Assembly: GCA_964473825.1 (NCBI GenBank)
Contig: CAYYQL010000008.1
Span: 35,374 to 99,373 of the forward strand
Direction of reading: 5' to 3'
Origin: an uncultured archaeon
GTDB lineage: Archaea > Asgardarchaeota > Thorarchaeia > Thorarchaeales > Thorarchaeaceae
Length of the DNA stretch: 64,000 nucleotides
Shown here: in pieces, positions 1 to 9,904 of the stretch
Position numbering within the stretch: the first letter of the stretch is position 1
Layout: each line of letters begins with the position of its first letter
The notes under the pieces: generated by a model
What the model was told of the DNA's origin: nothing
Databases searched by the model: none
The model's input: only the letters and a program-made list of their open reading frames with translations
Program-made: the position numbers and the translations under genes

Positions 1-114
1 TTGGGTATCGATTCTCACGAAGTAGTCCTCGGCAAACCATGGCACTGTGAGTCACGTCACGTTCTATATCTAAGTTAATCCTTAACGTCTCTTCTGGAGA
101 TTGCTCACTGCCTC

Positions 115-492
115 TTAGTACCGTTTTGACTTGCGTGCCCAGTTGGTCAGATTCTCACACGGAAATTGATCGCACTCTGCACAGTGATCCAAGTGCTTAC
201 CATCTACACAGCAGGCCAGAATCCAGCAGTCGGGAGACCAGTGTTCGTCTCGAGGGCCGTGGCATCCCTTGCTGTAGAGTCCTTTCTGAATGGCCTCTGT
301 AACTCCTTCTGTTTCTTCCAGCCAGCCTTTCTCTCTGAACCATGATAGAGCCTCTGCTGCAGCCTCCGAATCGAACTGAAATGTTCTCAAACTGCATGAT
401 TCACAGTCCAGTCCACATGCAGCCATATCCACATTTGGAGCTTTCATTCCAACAGAGTATCTCTCGTCAACCTTGATATATTCTTGCAGCAT
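115..492 (-). CDS. Cys-rich DUF3795-like protein
   Basis: AACGLDCESC...KGCHG...CWILACC...HCAECDQFPC pattern; the true start may be the internal Met of MKAPNVD. Confidence 0.75.
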   Translation of the reverse strand: MLQEYIKVDERYSVGMKAPNVDMAACGLDCESCSLRTFQFDSEAAAEALSWFREKGWLEETEGVTEAIQKGLYSKGCHGPRDEHWSPDCWILACCVDGKHLDHCAECDQFPCENLTNWARKSKRY

Positions 493-552
493 TCTTTTTC
501 ATCGTAATAATAATTCAGCGTACGACAGAGTGCTTGACTCTGTGCATCATGT

Positions 553-1152
553 ATGGGATGTATCGATATGAACAGTCCGCGGCTATCCATTACAGACGAA
601 CAACACGATGAGCTTCATTCTTTTGCCTTTGATAGATACAATCGCCTAGACCCCACTCACGGTAAGGCCCACGCTGAGAGGACCATGCGTCTTGCAGAGT
701 TCATCGCAAAGAAGGAAGAAGCCAATGTCATGATCTCGCGATTGGGTGCATTGCTTCATCAATATCACCCTGAAGAGGCTGACCTCGTAGAAGACTTCAT
801 GAGAAGAATCGGAATAGACGAACAGATTGTGACTGCGGTCATCCATTGCGTATCCTGCGTCGAGCCCCAAACCATCAAGAATGCATTGACGAGAGAGGCA
901 AAGGTTGTCTTTGATGCTGATAAGCTGCAGACGTTGGGACCCTTTGGCCTGATTCGAGAAGTAGTCTACAGAATGGCGACAAGACAGTTGTCTATGGAAA
1001 AAGCCGTTCGTCAGGCTGAAGAGCTACAAGAGAACATGATTCATCTGCTCCAGACGGAAACAGGACGCACCCTCGCTCAATCCAGCCGCAGGACCACGAA
1101 GGAATTCCTCGAATGCTTCTGGAGATGGGAAGGACTCTCATTTTTGAAGTAA
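553..1152 (+). CDS. HD-domain protein (degenerate HD motif)
   Basis: HGKAHAER...ALLHQ...VFDADKL follows the HD-fold pattern, with HD replaced by HQ. Confidence 0.7.
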   Translation: MGCIDMNSPRLSITDEQHDELHSFAFDRYNRLDPTHGKAHAERTMRLAEFIAKKEEANVMISRLGALLHQYHPEEADLVEDFMRRIGIDEQIVTAVIHCVSCVEPQTIKNALTREAKVVFDADKLQTLGPFGLIREVVYRMATRQLSMEKAVRQAEELQENMIHLLQTETGRTLAQSSRRTTKEFLECFWRWEGLSFLK

Positions 1153-1166
1153 CTACTGGGAATCTC

Positions 1167-1637
1167 CTACTCGAGAGGAGGCCATGAGCCCTGCATCTTC
1201 CTGTTTAAGATAATCTGGCCCAAGTGGTAAGAGTTGTGTGTCGCGAGGACAGCGAAGGCCTTTCCAACAGGTTCGTTCCCCCATGTGGGCATTGGGAGTC
1301 TGAGATCTAATGACCCAACCAGTCTTTCTGCCTCTTTGAGTCCTGTCAGGAACCTCTTCTTCAACGTATTCCAATCACTCTCTTCTGTTTCTGCATATGA
1401 TGGCCAATCTTTACCTTTCGCCTCTTCCCAGTCGTATTCCTGTCCTCTTGCTATTGTGAGTGTTGCGTCTTGCCAGAATATCATGTGGTAGAGGATCTCA
1501 TATGTACTGAAGGCATCGCCGTTTATCTGCTGCGTTGCAGACTCGTGTGTGAGCCCATCCAACGCTTTGGTCGGATTAACATGGGAGTGTTTCCCGTGTA
1601 AAGATTCGCGGAGTATCTCAACAAGAGGGTCTGTCAT
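1167..1637 (-). CDS. DinB/YfiT family protein
   Basis: STYEILYHMIFWQ...DWP...ATHNSYHLGQI; start placed at MTDPLV (1637). Confidence 0.85.
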   Translation of the reverse strand: MTDPLVEILRESLHGKHSHVNPTKALDGLTHESATQQINGDAFSTYEILYHMIFWQDATLTIARGQEYDWEEAKGKDWPSYAETEESDWNTLKKRFLTGLKEAERLVGSLDLRLPMPTWGNEPVGKAFAVLATHNSYHLGQIILNRKMQGSWPPLE

Positions 1638-1765
1638 GAGCGTAGGTTGTCCTCCATTGCTTCTTATGTTTGTCTGACTTGTTCCATCATTCCTCACTCA
1701 TCGAAGATATGTTCCTTTCCTGATGTTTTTAACTACCTATATTATAGTTAACCTGAGATACAAGC

Positions 1766-2194
1766 ATGGCTAATACAGGCGTTAGATCGTTAGACAGTAC
1801 AGTTCAGAAGACGATAGAGTGGTTCAATGCGATGAACGAGGTTCTCGGTTGGCCCGATAATGAGCGGACCTATGCAGCAACGAAGGCTGTTTTGCATGCA
1901 ATCCGAGACCGTCTACCTTCTGGAGAGGCTGTTGAGTTTTCAGCACCCATTACGATGCTGATGAAAGGCATGTACTTCGATCAGTACGAGCCGGATGACA
2001 AACCTCTCAAGATCCGAAGTCGCGACGAGTTTTTCGACCTCATCAGAGAGAATTTCGACCAAGGTCCACTTGATGCAGAGAATGCTCTTCGAGCCTTCGT
2101 AAAAGTCTATGGTGACAAGACCCAAGGCGGAGAGTTGGAGGACGTAAGAAAGACCATGCCTGAAGATCTCAGGCCACTCTTTGACCCGGCATGA
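1766..2194 (+). CDS. DUF2267 family protein
   Basis: TVQKTIEW...AVLHAIRDRLP...DVRKTMPEDLRPLF. Confidence 0.85.
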   Translation: MANTGVRSLDSTVQKTIEWFNAMNEVLGWPDNERTYAATKAVLHAIRDRLPSGEAVEFSAPITMLMKGMYFDQYEPDDKPLKIRSRDEFFDLIRENFDQGPLDAENALRAFVKVYGDKTQGGELEDVRKTMPEDLRPLFDPA

Positions 2195-2219
2195 ATGAAT
2201 CTGGGTCAGAGGAAGCCCG

Positions 2220-2246
2220 TGGGCTCCGACAATGTTCGGAGTCCCA
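2220..2246. terminator. GC-rich hairpin between convergent genes
   Basis: TGGG-CTCCGA caatgt TCGGAG-t-CCCA, just after the DUF2267 stop. Confidence 0.45.
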
Positions 2247-2367
2247 ATTCCATTTGTCAGCTCATTCTAGTTGTTGATTATGAATTAGAAAGTGTGCCTC
2301 TCACTTGGTGAAGAACCCTTCATTGGTCTTTTCGGCGTCGAAATCAAGTAACCATGACCCATTATTT

Positions 2368-2589
2368 CTAGTCAAGGTGGATTATGGCTACGGGGCAAGC
2401 ATCAGCAGCTTCCTGTGCACAGTCCTCGAGGTCATCAGGGATTTCTCCGGTAGATCTATCGCCCTTTCGATACTCCTTAGTGACTGATGCCCAATCGTCG
2501 TCGCTCATAACAAACACTTCGGGGCATATATCTTCACATGTCGCACAAGAGATGCATTCCTCTCTATCAATCCTTATTCCCATCGTCAC
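2368..2589 (-). CDS. single-cluster ferredoxin
   Basis: CISCATCEDICP plus C-terminal AADACPVAII. Confidence 0.9.
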   Translation of the reverse strand: MTMGIRIDREECISCATCEDICPEVFVMSDDDWASVTKEYRKGDRSTGEIPDDLEDCAQEAADACPVAIIHLD

Positions 2590-2871
2590 TTCAAATTTAC
2601 CTCAAATCAGTTTGGAGTAGACGCATGCCTTTATCAGTGGTAAGTAGGCGGCACTTTGAGAAATTGCTAGATGATTGATGTCCCGGAGAATTGCTAATCA
2701 AGATTCTGAGAAAGACCTTCATCTTGTGGCTTGTTATTTGCTTCACTGCACATTGAAAGAAGGCATAGATTTATGATTTAGCTATCGCCCTCCGAGAACG
2801 CCTCGAGAAGAGATTTTATGACGTAAATCGAGACTGATGCTTCGACCAGCCTAGAGCTTGTGGGATGAGAA

Positions 2872-3282
2872 ATGGACAAGGACGAACTGTTTGAGTTTTG
2901 TGAGAAATGGCTTCACGCCTGGACGGGCAACAATCCAGAGAAACTAATGGATTATTACACTGAAGATGCGTTGTACGTCGATCCCGCAAATCGGGACGGA
3001 CTCAGGGGCAAGGCTGAGATCAGAGAGTACTTCGAGAAACTTCTGGATGTATACCGCGACTGGGTCTGGAAACCGATAGAGGTATTCCCGATCGAATCAG
3101 GAACTATCGTCAAATGGGAATGCACAATCCCTGTAGGTCCTGAAACACTTTATGAGGTGGGTCTCGACATCGTGGAGCTCGAAGGAAAGAAGATATCCAG
3201 GAACGAAGTCTACTTCGACAGAACGAGGCTTGTTGCGGCTGTCAAGCAGAAGCGAACTAAGCAGAGGCTCATCAATCTTTAG
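2872..3282 (+). CDS. SnoaL/NTF2-like protein
   Basis: YTEDALYVDP...GKAEIREYF...GKKISRNEVYFD. Confidence 0.85.
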   Translation: MDKDELFEFCEKWLHAWTGNNPEKLMDYYTEDALYVDPANRDGLRGKAEIREYFEKLLDVYRDWVWKPIEVFPIESGTIVKWECTIPVGPETLYEVGLDIVELEGKKISRNEVYFDRTRLVAAVKQKRTKQRLINL

Positions 3283-3309
3283 ATTTTTAAAACCTGTTCG
3301 AAAGGCATC

Positions 3310-4053
3310 CTACTGTGAGTACCATCTTGTGATTGCAGTGTTCACCGCGGTCGGTTGTTCAAGCATTACGCTGTGACCAGCATTCGGAACCACAACGAGT
3401 TCTGAGTTCGGAATCTTGTCATGAAGATACTCAGAGTACTTCAGCGGGGTCATCACATCATCTTCTCCAACCACTAGCAGTGTGGGCACATCAATCTTTT
3501 CAACCTCATCCATAACATCAAACTCATTGCAGACAGAGAAATCCCTCTTTATGACGCTTGGACTGCACTTTCTTACTTCCACCTGAGAAGCCTCAATTAG
3601 CTCTTGTGACGTAGATTCAGAGAACATGTATTCTCCCACCGCCTCGACATAGCCCTCGAAATCGTTGTCCAGGAGATCGAATATGAACGGGGCACAACGG
3701 AGTCTAGCTCCTGTCCCTATCAGAATGACTCTCTCAATGTTCTCCGGATGTTTCAGCAGATATAGCTGCGTGAGGGCCCCACCCATTGAATGGCCACCCA
3801 CGATAGGTTCATCGAACTTACTGACGACCTCATCGATATCCCGGAGATATGCAGAGAGTGTGTCATCTTCATGACAGTCGGGCGTCTTTCCGTGGCCGTT
3901 GAGGTCAGGTGCGATGACGTGAAATTTTCTTGCTAAGCCCTTGAGTTGCATGAACCATGTTGCCGATGATCCCCCTGCGCCGTGGATAAGAATCAAGGGT
4001 GGCGAATCTGGGTCTCCGGTCTCTTCATAGTGTACTTGCATTTTCTTCGACAT
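3310..4053 (-). CDS. alpha/beta hydrolase
   Basis: IHGAGG oxyanion motif, GHSMGG nucleophile elbow, GEDD, AGH. Confidence 0.92.
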   Translation of the reverse strand: MSKKMQVHYEETGDPDSPPLILIHGAGGSSATWFMQLKGLARKFHVIAPDLNGHGKTPDCHEDDTLSAYLRDIDEVVSKFDEPIVGGHSMGGALTQLYLLKHPENIERVILIGTGARLRCAPFIFDLLDNDFEGYVEAVGEYMFSESTSQELIEASQVEVRKCSPSVIKRDFSVCNEFDVMDEVEKIDVPTLLVVGEDDVMTPLKYSEYLHDKIPNSELVVVPNAGHSVMLEQPTAVNTAITRWYSQ

Positions 4054-4100
4054 TGAAAACTACCCTCGATACTTAATCTATTCGGCGAACTCCGACCAAA

Positions 4101-4601
4101 TTGGCCGCTTTGACCGCAGTTACCCTTAAATTGATAGCCTCTGGCCTCTTCGATGCATTGAAGGAATTCCATAACAAAACGCCATTCTTCCTATGTTTGA
4201 CGGGAGGATTGCTGTTGGTGCTATCTGGAACAAGTGGTTCGCTGGCTCTAGCGCGGGAGCTCTCAGAGGATTTTGGTTTCCTCTTCGGCCCTGAGGTTGT
4301 CATGTCGTTCGAGATTATCATGGGAATCCTTGGAGTTCTGACCTCCATGACGGGAGCGGCAGTGATTATCGGGGGGCTGATTCTCACTACTCACAGGGTA
4401 GAATTGGGGAGGAATGTGATCCTTGTTGCTGTGGGTACTGGAGTACTAAGCCTGGTCATGACACTTGTGGAGTCTGCGATAGCTGGCAGAATCATGATGG
4501 ACTTGGGGTTACAAGTCACCCAGTCTATTGCTTGGATTGGCGCAATCCTCGCACTCCAGGCCCGAATAATCGCCTCACAGAAACCTATGAGGATGCAGTA
4601 A
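4101..4601 (+). CDS. hypothetical 4-TM membrane protein
   Basis: Four hydrophobic segments; start uncertain (several TTG codons). Confidence 0.65.
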   Translation: MAALTAVTLKLIASGLFDALKEFHNKTPFFLCLTGGLLLVLSGTSGSLALARELSEDFGFLFGPEVVMSFEIIMGILGVLTSMTGAAVIIGGLILTTHRVELGRNVILVAVGTGVLSLVMTLVESAIAGRIMMDLGLQVTQSIAWIGAILALQARIIASQKPMRMQ

Positions 4602-4619
4602 GATCAGTGAAGTGGTATA

Positions 4620-4859
4620 ATGGACGCTGGACGTATCAATCAGATTCTTGGACCGTTGATGCTCTTGATATGGGCTCTTCTTTGGTTCATCTACTGGCTA
4701 TCTGGAAGGTCTCTAGAGCTGGGCATCATGCTGATAGCCATAGGGATAGTTGTGAGCATAGTAGTAATAATGGTTAGAGACTATCTCTGGAGAAAATATC
4801 CCGCTGAGCTTCTTGGTTTGAAGAAGAGTGAAGAGCGTAAACCTGAGAATTCGCCTTAG
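4620..4859 (+). CDS. small 2-TM membrane protein
   Basis: Two hydrophobic helices and a charged tail; starts 18 bp after the previous gene. Confidence 0.6.
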   Translation: MDAGRINQILGPLMLLIWALLWFIYWLSGRSLELGIMLIAIGIVVSIVVIMVRDYLWRKYPAELLGLKKSEERKPENSP

Positions 4860-5245
4860 ACATCAAGAATCGAAACTGAGGTTTCTAGGTTCTTCGCAGC
4901 CTGAACGCACTCTTTGAGGACTCCTTCTTTGTTCTCATCCATTGGGACAAAGACGGCAACGAACCAGACACCTTTGCCGGTACCGCATATCAGGCTGACT
5001 GCACCATCGGGATTCAGACCGACCAGACCGTTCTTCGTGGCCACTGCTGTGAGAAACGGGATCTGTTTGACTGAGAACTCGGCCAGATTGTTTCTCCAAG
5101 CGTGTACGATAGTGCTTGTATCTATCTCGCTAATCGCCATGTTCTCGCTGGTGTAGACGACTCGTCCCTCGTAAGTAAAGACCGCTGCGCCAAGAATGCA
5201 CTCGTAGTTACTCATAGCGATATCCACGGTTCTTCTTATTCTCAT
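4856..5245 (-). CDS. profilin-like protein (divergent Asgard profilin paralogue)
   Basis: 129 aa from ATG 5245; ILGAAVFTYEGRVVYTSEN...IVHAW...FSVKQIPF...LVGLN...GAVSLICG...WFVAVFVP...CVQAAKNL matches the recalled element order of Asgard profilins. Confidence 0.6.
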   Translation of the reverse strand: MRIRRTVDIAMSNYECILGAAVFTYEGRVVYTSENMAISEIDTSTIVHAWRNNLAEFSVKQIPFLTAVATKNGLVGLNPDGAVSLICGTGKGVWFVAVFVPMDENKEGVLKECVQAAKNLETSVSILDV

Positions 5246-5321
5246 CAAGGCACATGACCATGTCAGTAGCCGAATTTGGAATTGAAATAGGTATGTAGGG
5301 TTTCGTGCAAGGAGTATATCC

Positions 5322-5930
5322 TTAGCCCGAATTCGTTGCCAGCCGCATGGCACGAGCCATCAATAGAAGGCGACTATGAAGCTCATCATTACTCATAGAC
5401 GTTGTGATTCTGTCATTCTTCACATGCATACCATGTCGGAGAGCCAGGTTCTCCAGTCGAGGATTCCGAATTCGTGATGATTGCACTTGATAGAGAAACC
5501 ATTGATCCGTCCCCCTCTCCTTGATTCTGCAAGCGATGTCAATGTATGAATCATCACCAGCTTTGACGCGAAATCTCTTACCAATCAATCTCTCGACCAC
5601 TGACTTCGATCCAAAAATCCCCTCTAGGATTGAAGTCGTGAAGGATGCTGCCGGAGCAGGGAGAAACGCCCATTGCCAGAAAGCGTACGCAAAAACCATG
5701 AGTGATACGGCCAAAACAAAGCCTGCTGTGTTGAACGAGTAGACCACTTCGAACCCTTGGACCCAACCCTGGGGGATCCCTTCAGGTGGTTCAATTCCGA
5801 TGGTGTAAATCCCTGGGCTATAGAAGATGTAGGACGTAACGGCAAAGACGATGATGAGTGCAGCTAACGCTATCTTCATCCTCTCTTCATAGAGGCTGCG
5901 TGCATTTCTCAACCGAATGTCCATCATCAT
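5322..5930 (-). CDS. hypothetical 2-TM membrane protein with C-terminal soluble domain
   Basis: Two TM helices in the first 90 aa; 4-bp overlap with the upstream wHTH gene. Confidence 0.7.
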   Translation of the reverse strand: MMMDIRLRNARSLYEERMKIALAALIIVFAVTSYIFYSPGIYTIGIEPPEGIPQGWVQGFEVVYSFNTAGFVLAVSLMVFAYAFWQWAFLPAPAASFTTSILEGIFGSKSVVERLIGKRFRVKAGDDSYIDIACRIKERGTDQWFLYQVQSSRIRNPRLENLALRHGMHVKNDRITTSMSNDELHSRLLLMARAMRLATNSG

Positions 5931-6286
5931 TCCTCCAATGCCTGCTCGTAGAGCTCTCGGGCGTCATCTCCGTGCTCTTTGCAGATTTCGACAAGAAACT
6001 CCAGCAGCGGGTGTTCGTGGTTGATTCTGATTGCATAGAGCTTCGGAGTTAGCTCGTCAATCAGGATCAGCCGGTCCTCGCTTAGATGGGACAGTACACC
6101 TCTGTAGAGGCTCCTTGACTTTCCGCTATACCCGATCAGGCGGCTCAGTTGGACACCACTGACACTTCTTGGGTAGATATGAGCCAGCGCAATGACAATC
6201 GCTCGTCTTGTATCGTTGAGCGACGACATCAGCTGAATCACTTCATACGTTTTGTGTCGTGTGTCCTGATTCATATTCCATCTCAT
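5927..6286 (-). CDS. winged helix-turn-helix protein
   Basis: TRRAIVIALAH...SVSGVQLSRLIGY...VLSHLSEDRLI...KLYAI. Confidence 0.7.
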   Translation of the reverse strand: MRWNMNQDTRHKTYEVIQLMSSLNDTRRAIVIALAHIYPRSVSGVQLSRLIGYSGKSRSLYRGVLSHLSEDRLILIDELTPKLYAIRINHEHPLLEFLVEICKEHGDDARELYEQALEE

Positions 6287-6514
6287 TCCGCTATCTAGCT
6301 TCTTGTGTCAGTAGGTGCACAATGGGATCTCACGGATTAACCATTGGCTTAGCTCTTAGATCGCTTATTGTGAGGCGGTGTATTTCTGTTTATCGAATCC
6401 ATTTTGAAGGATTGGTTAATCCTGTCTTACTGTCTACCATCTGAGCACCATAATGTTAATAGTTCAAGATGCGGCTTCTTGCTTGACAAGATTACTCTAT
6501 AGGAGGTCCTCAAT

Positions 6515-7081
6515 ATCAGTTTTGGAAGCAAATACTTTGGTTGGTTGGCCGCATTGGTTATAGTCTTGGCCGGTGCCTGGTTCCTCCTTCCATATGGTTA
6601 CAACACGCTCATACTATGGCTAGCGCCGCAGCTGGGAAATTATATCCGGCCAACCCTAGTCATGGTTAACGCGCTCTTAGTGAATCCCCTGAATAATGTC
6701 ATAATGGTCGCCATATGGGCCATCGCTGGTCTTGTTGGAGGCATCATAGCTGGCACCAAGAAGGGTGCATTCGTAGTAGGTCTCTTAACCTGGTTGAGTT
6801 GCATCGGCATACTCGTGTTCTGTGCGTTCCAGCTCTTTCAATCAGGAGTTGAGCTGGGTACTCTTCCTCCAATGCCACAGGGTGGTTCAATTGTTGATGT
6901 ACTGTCGATACCGCTCGTTCAATCCCTTATCGGTGATTTGCTAGGTATCATCGGATTGGGTTCTGGTGGCGAACCAGATATAATGGCGATTTTAACTCCA
7001 CTGGTCATCTACTTGATTGTACCCGTGGTTGTTGTCATCATCGCTGGAATGATTGGGGCCACCATTCGTCCAAAGGAGTGA
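6515..7081 (+). CDS. hypothetical multi-pass membrane protein
   Basis: 4-5 TM segments; frame is open from ATC 6515 behind AGGAGG (first TTG is at 6545). Confidence 0.75.
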   Translation: MSFGSKYFGWLAALVIVLAGAWFLLPYGYNTLILWLAPQLGNYIRPTLVMVNALLVNPLNNVIMVAIWAIAGLVGGIIAGTKKGAFVVGLLTWLSCIGILVFCAFQLFQSGVELGTLPPMPQGGSIVDVLSIPLVQSLIGDLLGIIGLGSGGEPDIMAILTPLVIYLIVPVVVVIIAGMIGATIRPKE

Positions 7082-7082
7082 G

Positions 7083-8765
7083 ATGAAAATGAAGTTTCAA
7101 TATAAGCACGCGTTTGCAATAGCACTGTTGGCTTTCTTGGCTGTCGCACCATCAGTAGCAGCAATTAGCAATTCGGGTTTCACCCCTGCACAGGAAGGAG
7201 AGGATATTCTCGAACTCATCCTAAACGAAGGTGCAGAGATAGTATTCACTCACATTGATGACCAGGGCGTTCCCGGAGTAATCTACGGACAAGTCGGAAT
7301 ACCTTCAGATGCTTTAGCTCTCGACGATCCAATGTATGATGGATGTCTGGCGATGGCTATGGTGTCAACTCATGGCGAGTTCATTGAAAAGGTCTTTGAG
7401 CTTGTCGGAGGAGATCTCTTCGGTGGAGATGGAGGCATAATGGGAGCTAGAGGCCTTTCTCCGCTTCAGGATGGCATGGACTTCAATCCTGAGGATATCT
7501 TCGAGTTGATTGGAACGGAGTTCAACCTGCTCTTCAATGTCTTCGTCAACGTTGACGAGGCAACATCACAGCAGAGGATGGCTTCAATTCTAAATCATCT
7601 TGGATCAGAGTTCCAGTTCAGTTTCTCCGAACTTTTTAAACTACGTATTGACGAGAATATGTTTCCTCCAGATGAGGAGTTCGATCTGCCATTTGAATCT
7701 CTTGACATCTACATCTACCAAGTAGCTGTTTCGTTCTCTAGTGCTGTAGCATCAGTGTTCTCCGTGATGGATGACTCTGGCTTTCTTGGAGCGATTGACC
7801 AGAGCGTATTCACCGAAGCCCCTGCTTCAGCGGCAGGCCTGTTGGTCATTCCCAGCATGGAAGACCTTGTTTCAGTGTTTGAAGGAGATGATGGAGATGA
7901 CGGTGGCGAAGGCGACACATTCGCACTATCACAAGACGCCTCGCTCAGTAGGTTCTTGACTTCTCAGGCACCGAATATCACAGGTCCTCTTGCTGTGGCT
8001 GCGGCAGGCTACCTTGGAGACCAAGTGGTGACATCTGAAACCGTCAGCATTGGTATCAAGGAGCTGCTGTATGCAGACACGGCTTTCTCGCCACTTGAGA
8101 GTGGCCTCTCAATGGTCATCATGCAGGTTCCTGTGGGCGTCAACATAACAAGCTACCAACCTGCGGCGGAAGAGGCTTCGTTCTACAATGAAGCAGATGC
8201 AATGGTGATGTGGAATGCAACCCACTTTGGCGATGAGCTTGACTACAAGATTTTCTTCAGTAGCAATGAGTTCCCACCTCCAATAGCCATCACCCGCACT
8301 TTCAATCCTGCGAGTGTCAGTGTGGGCGGCACAACTGAAGTCACGGTTACCGTGACCAACGAAGGCGATCTTGCAATACAGAATCTCACGCTGTCAGACC
8401 TCGGCATAAGCCAGACCTACAGTAAGGTTTCGGTTAGCGGAGACCAGGTCTTGCAGTATCTCGAGCTTGAAGGCGGCGAGTTTGTGTCAATAACTTACTC
8501 GGTGACATTCCCCAATGAGGGCAGTTACACATTCCCGAAAGCGAGTCTGCTCTACGAATATGACGGTGTTGTTTACGAGAAGAGGAGTTCAACCGGTTCT
8601 GTGGTTGTTGAGGCAGATCCAGTATCGGTGCTCTCACAAGCCGTTTCTGATGGCTGGCCTTATACAGGAGGCATCATCGGCCTAGTGGCTATCGTGGGTA
8701 TCTGGCAGATATTCGGGCTTGTTAGAGGCTCGAAGTCTGGTGGCGGACAATACTACGAAGTATAG
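7083..8765 (+). CDS. secreted cell-surface protein with Ig-like (BatD/CARDB-like) domain and C-terminal membrane anchor
   Basis: Signal peptide MKMKFQYKHAFAIALLAFLAVAPSVAA, acidic body, VSVGGTTEVTVTVTNEG Ig-like strand pattern, C-terminal TM helix. Confidence 0.8.
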   Translation: MKMKFQYKHAFAIALLAFLAVAPSVAAISNSGFTPAQEGEDILELILNEGAEIVFTHIDDQGVPGVIYGQVGIPSDALALDDPMYDGCLAMAMVSTHGEFIEKVFELVGGDLFGGDGGIMGARGLSPLQDGMDFNPEDIFELIGTEFNLLFNVFVNVDEATSQQRMASILNHLGSEFQFSFSELFKLRIDENMFPPDEEFDLPFESLDIYIYQVAVSFSSAVASVFSVMDDSGFLGAIDQSVFTEAPASAAGLLVIPSMEDLVSVFEGDDGDDGGEGDTFALSQDASLSRFLTSQAPNITGPLAVAAAGYLGDQVVTSETVSIGIKELLYADTAFSPLESGLSMVIMQVPVGVNITSYQPAAEEASFYNEADAMVMWNATHFGDELDYKIFFSSNEFPPPIAITRTFNPASVSVGGTTEVTVTVTNEGDLAIQNLTLSDLGISQTYSKVSVSGDQVLQYLELEGGEFVSITYSVTFPNEGSYTFPKASLLYEYDGVVYEKRSSTGSVVVEADPVSVLSQAVSDGWPYTGGIIGLVAIVGIWQIFGLVRGSKSGGGQYYEV

Positions 8766-8772
8766 ATTATAG

Positions 8773-8824
8773 ATGTGACATGGGGGTTCAAGCCGACCTT
8801 CAAGTCACATACTCTCTTTCTTTC
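8773..8824 (+). terminator. hairpin plus pyrimidine tract
   Basis: ATGTGAC...GTCACAT stem followed by ctctctttctttc after the surface-protein gene. Confidence 0.45.
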
Positions 8825-8891
8825 ATGGCAATACCAACGGTCATTCAGTATTCTTTATAGTTGAAACAGACCAAGAGATGGATGATTTAAT

Positions 8892-9836
8892 ATGCCTCTT
8901 CGCGACGTCCTGAACGGATTCTTGAAAACCCCTGATGCTTTCTTTGGCATACCAGGCCCGAATGAGGGTGATTCAGATGTCGGTATCCTCGGGGTTCCAT
9001 ATGACCTCACATCGTCCTATGGTCCGGGCTGCAGGTTTGGACCAAGAGAGTTGCGGCTCGCAACCACATTGCAGAGGTCTCACAGCAGACCGACGAGTAT
9101 TGGATTCGACTCCTACGAGGAGCGGCCCCTTCTATCAGAGGTTATCACTGTGGAGGATATTGGGGACCTCGACGTCGATTTACGATTGCCGGAGGCCGCG
9201 ATGTACGACATGTCCGATGCAGCAGAGCGGCTAGCCAAGCGAGATAGCTACTTGCTCTTCCTGGGTGGCGACCATTACATCACTTATCCTCTATTGAGAG
9301 GGCTGAACCGTGGTAGAAAAGGCAAGTATGGAATTGTTTGGCTCGATTCTCATGCCGACTTCTATGAGGACTACGGCGGTTACAAGCTCTCCCATGCTAC
9401 TACTCTTCGGAACTGTGTGAGCGAAGGTTTGGTTTCTATCGAGAATGTTGTTGGTCACGACCTAAGATGTGCACATCCCTCTCAGAGAAGAGAACTTGCA
9501 GGGGGAAAAGACATCCCTGTGTATGACCTCAAGAGCTTCTCAAGAAAGGTTCAAGACATCGCCGAACGTGTTGATCATCTCTACATCTCGGTTGATTTGG
9601 ACATTCTCCGCCCCGAGGTGGCCCCTGGAGTGAGTCACCCAGAATCAGGTGGATTATATGTCGAAGACGTCTGCCGTTATCTCAGAACTGCATTTGCCAC
9701 GCAGAAGGTTCTCTATGCTGATCTTGTGGAGTTGAACCCCATGCTCGATTCAGGCGGTATAACTGCAGTCGCAGCAAGAGACATTCTCAAAGAGCTTCTT
9801 GCTGGCTTCGCATTGCAGAAGAGTCTTAAAGAGTAG
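8892..9836 (+). CDS. agmatinase/arginase family ureohydrolase
   Basis: GVPYD, GCRFGP, GGDHYIT, DSHAD, SVDLDIL, ELNP metal-binding motifs. Confidence 0.9.
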   Translation: MPLRDVLNGFLKTPDAFFGIPGPNEGDSDVGILGVPYDLTSSYGPGCRFGPRELRLATTLQRSHSRPTSIGFDSYEERPLLSEVITVEDIGDLDVDLRLPEAAMYDMSDAAERLAKRDSYLLFLGGDHYITYPLLRGLNRGRKGKYGIVWLDSHADFYEDYGGYKLSHATTLRNCVSEGLVSIENVVGHDLRCAHPSQRRELAGGKDIPVYDLKSFSRKVQDIAERVDHLYISVDLDILRPEVAPGVSHPESGGLYVEDVCRYLRTAFATQKVLYADLVELNPMLDSGGITAVAARDILKELLAGFALQKSLKE

Positions 9837-9904
9837 ATGGGACACCCAGGGTTAGGTTCGCGGGCCATATATGAACCCAGAGATAAGGAAGTGAGGTTCA
9901 AGCC

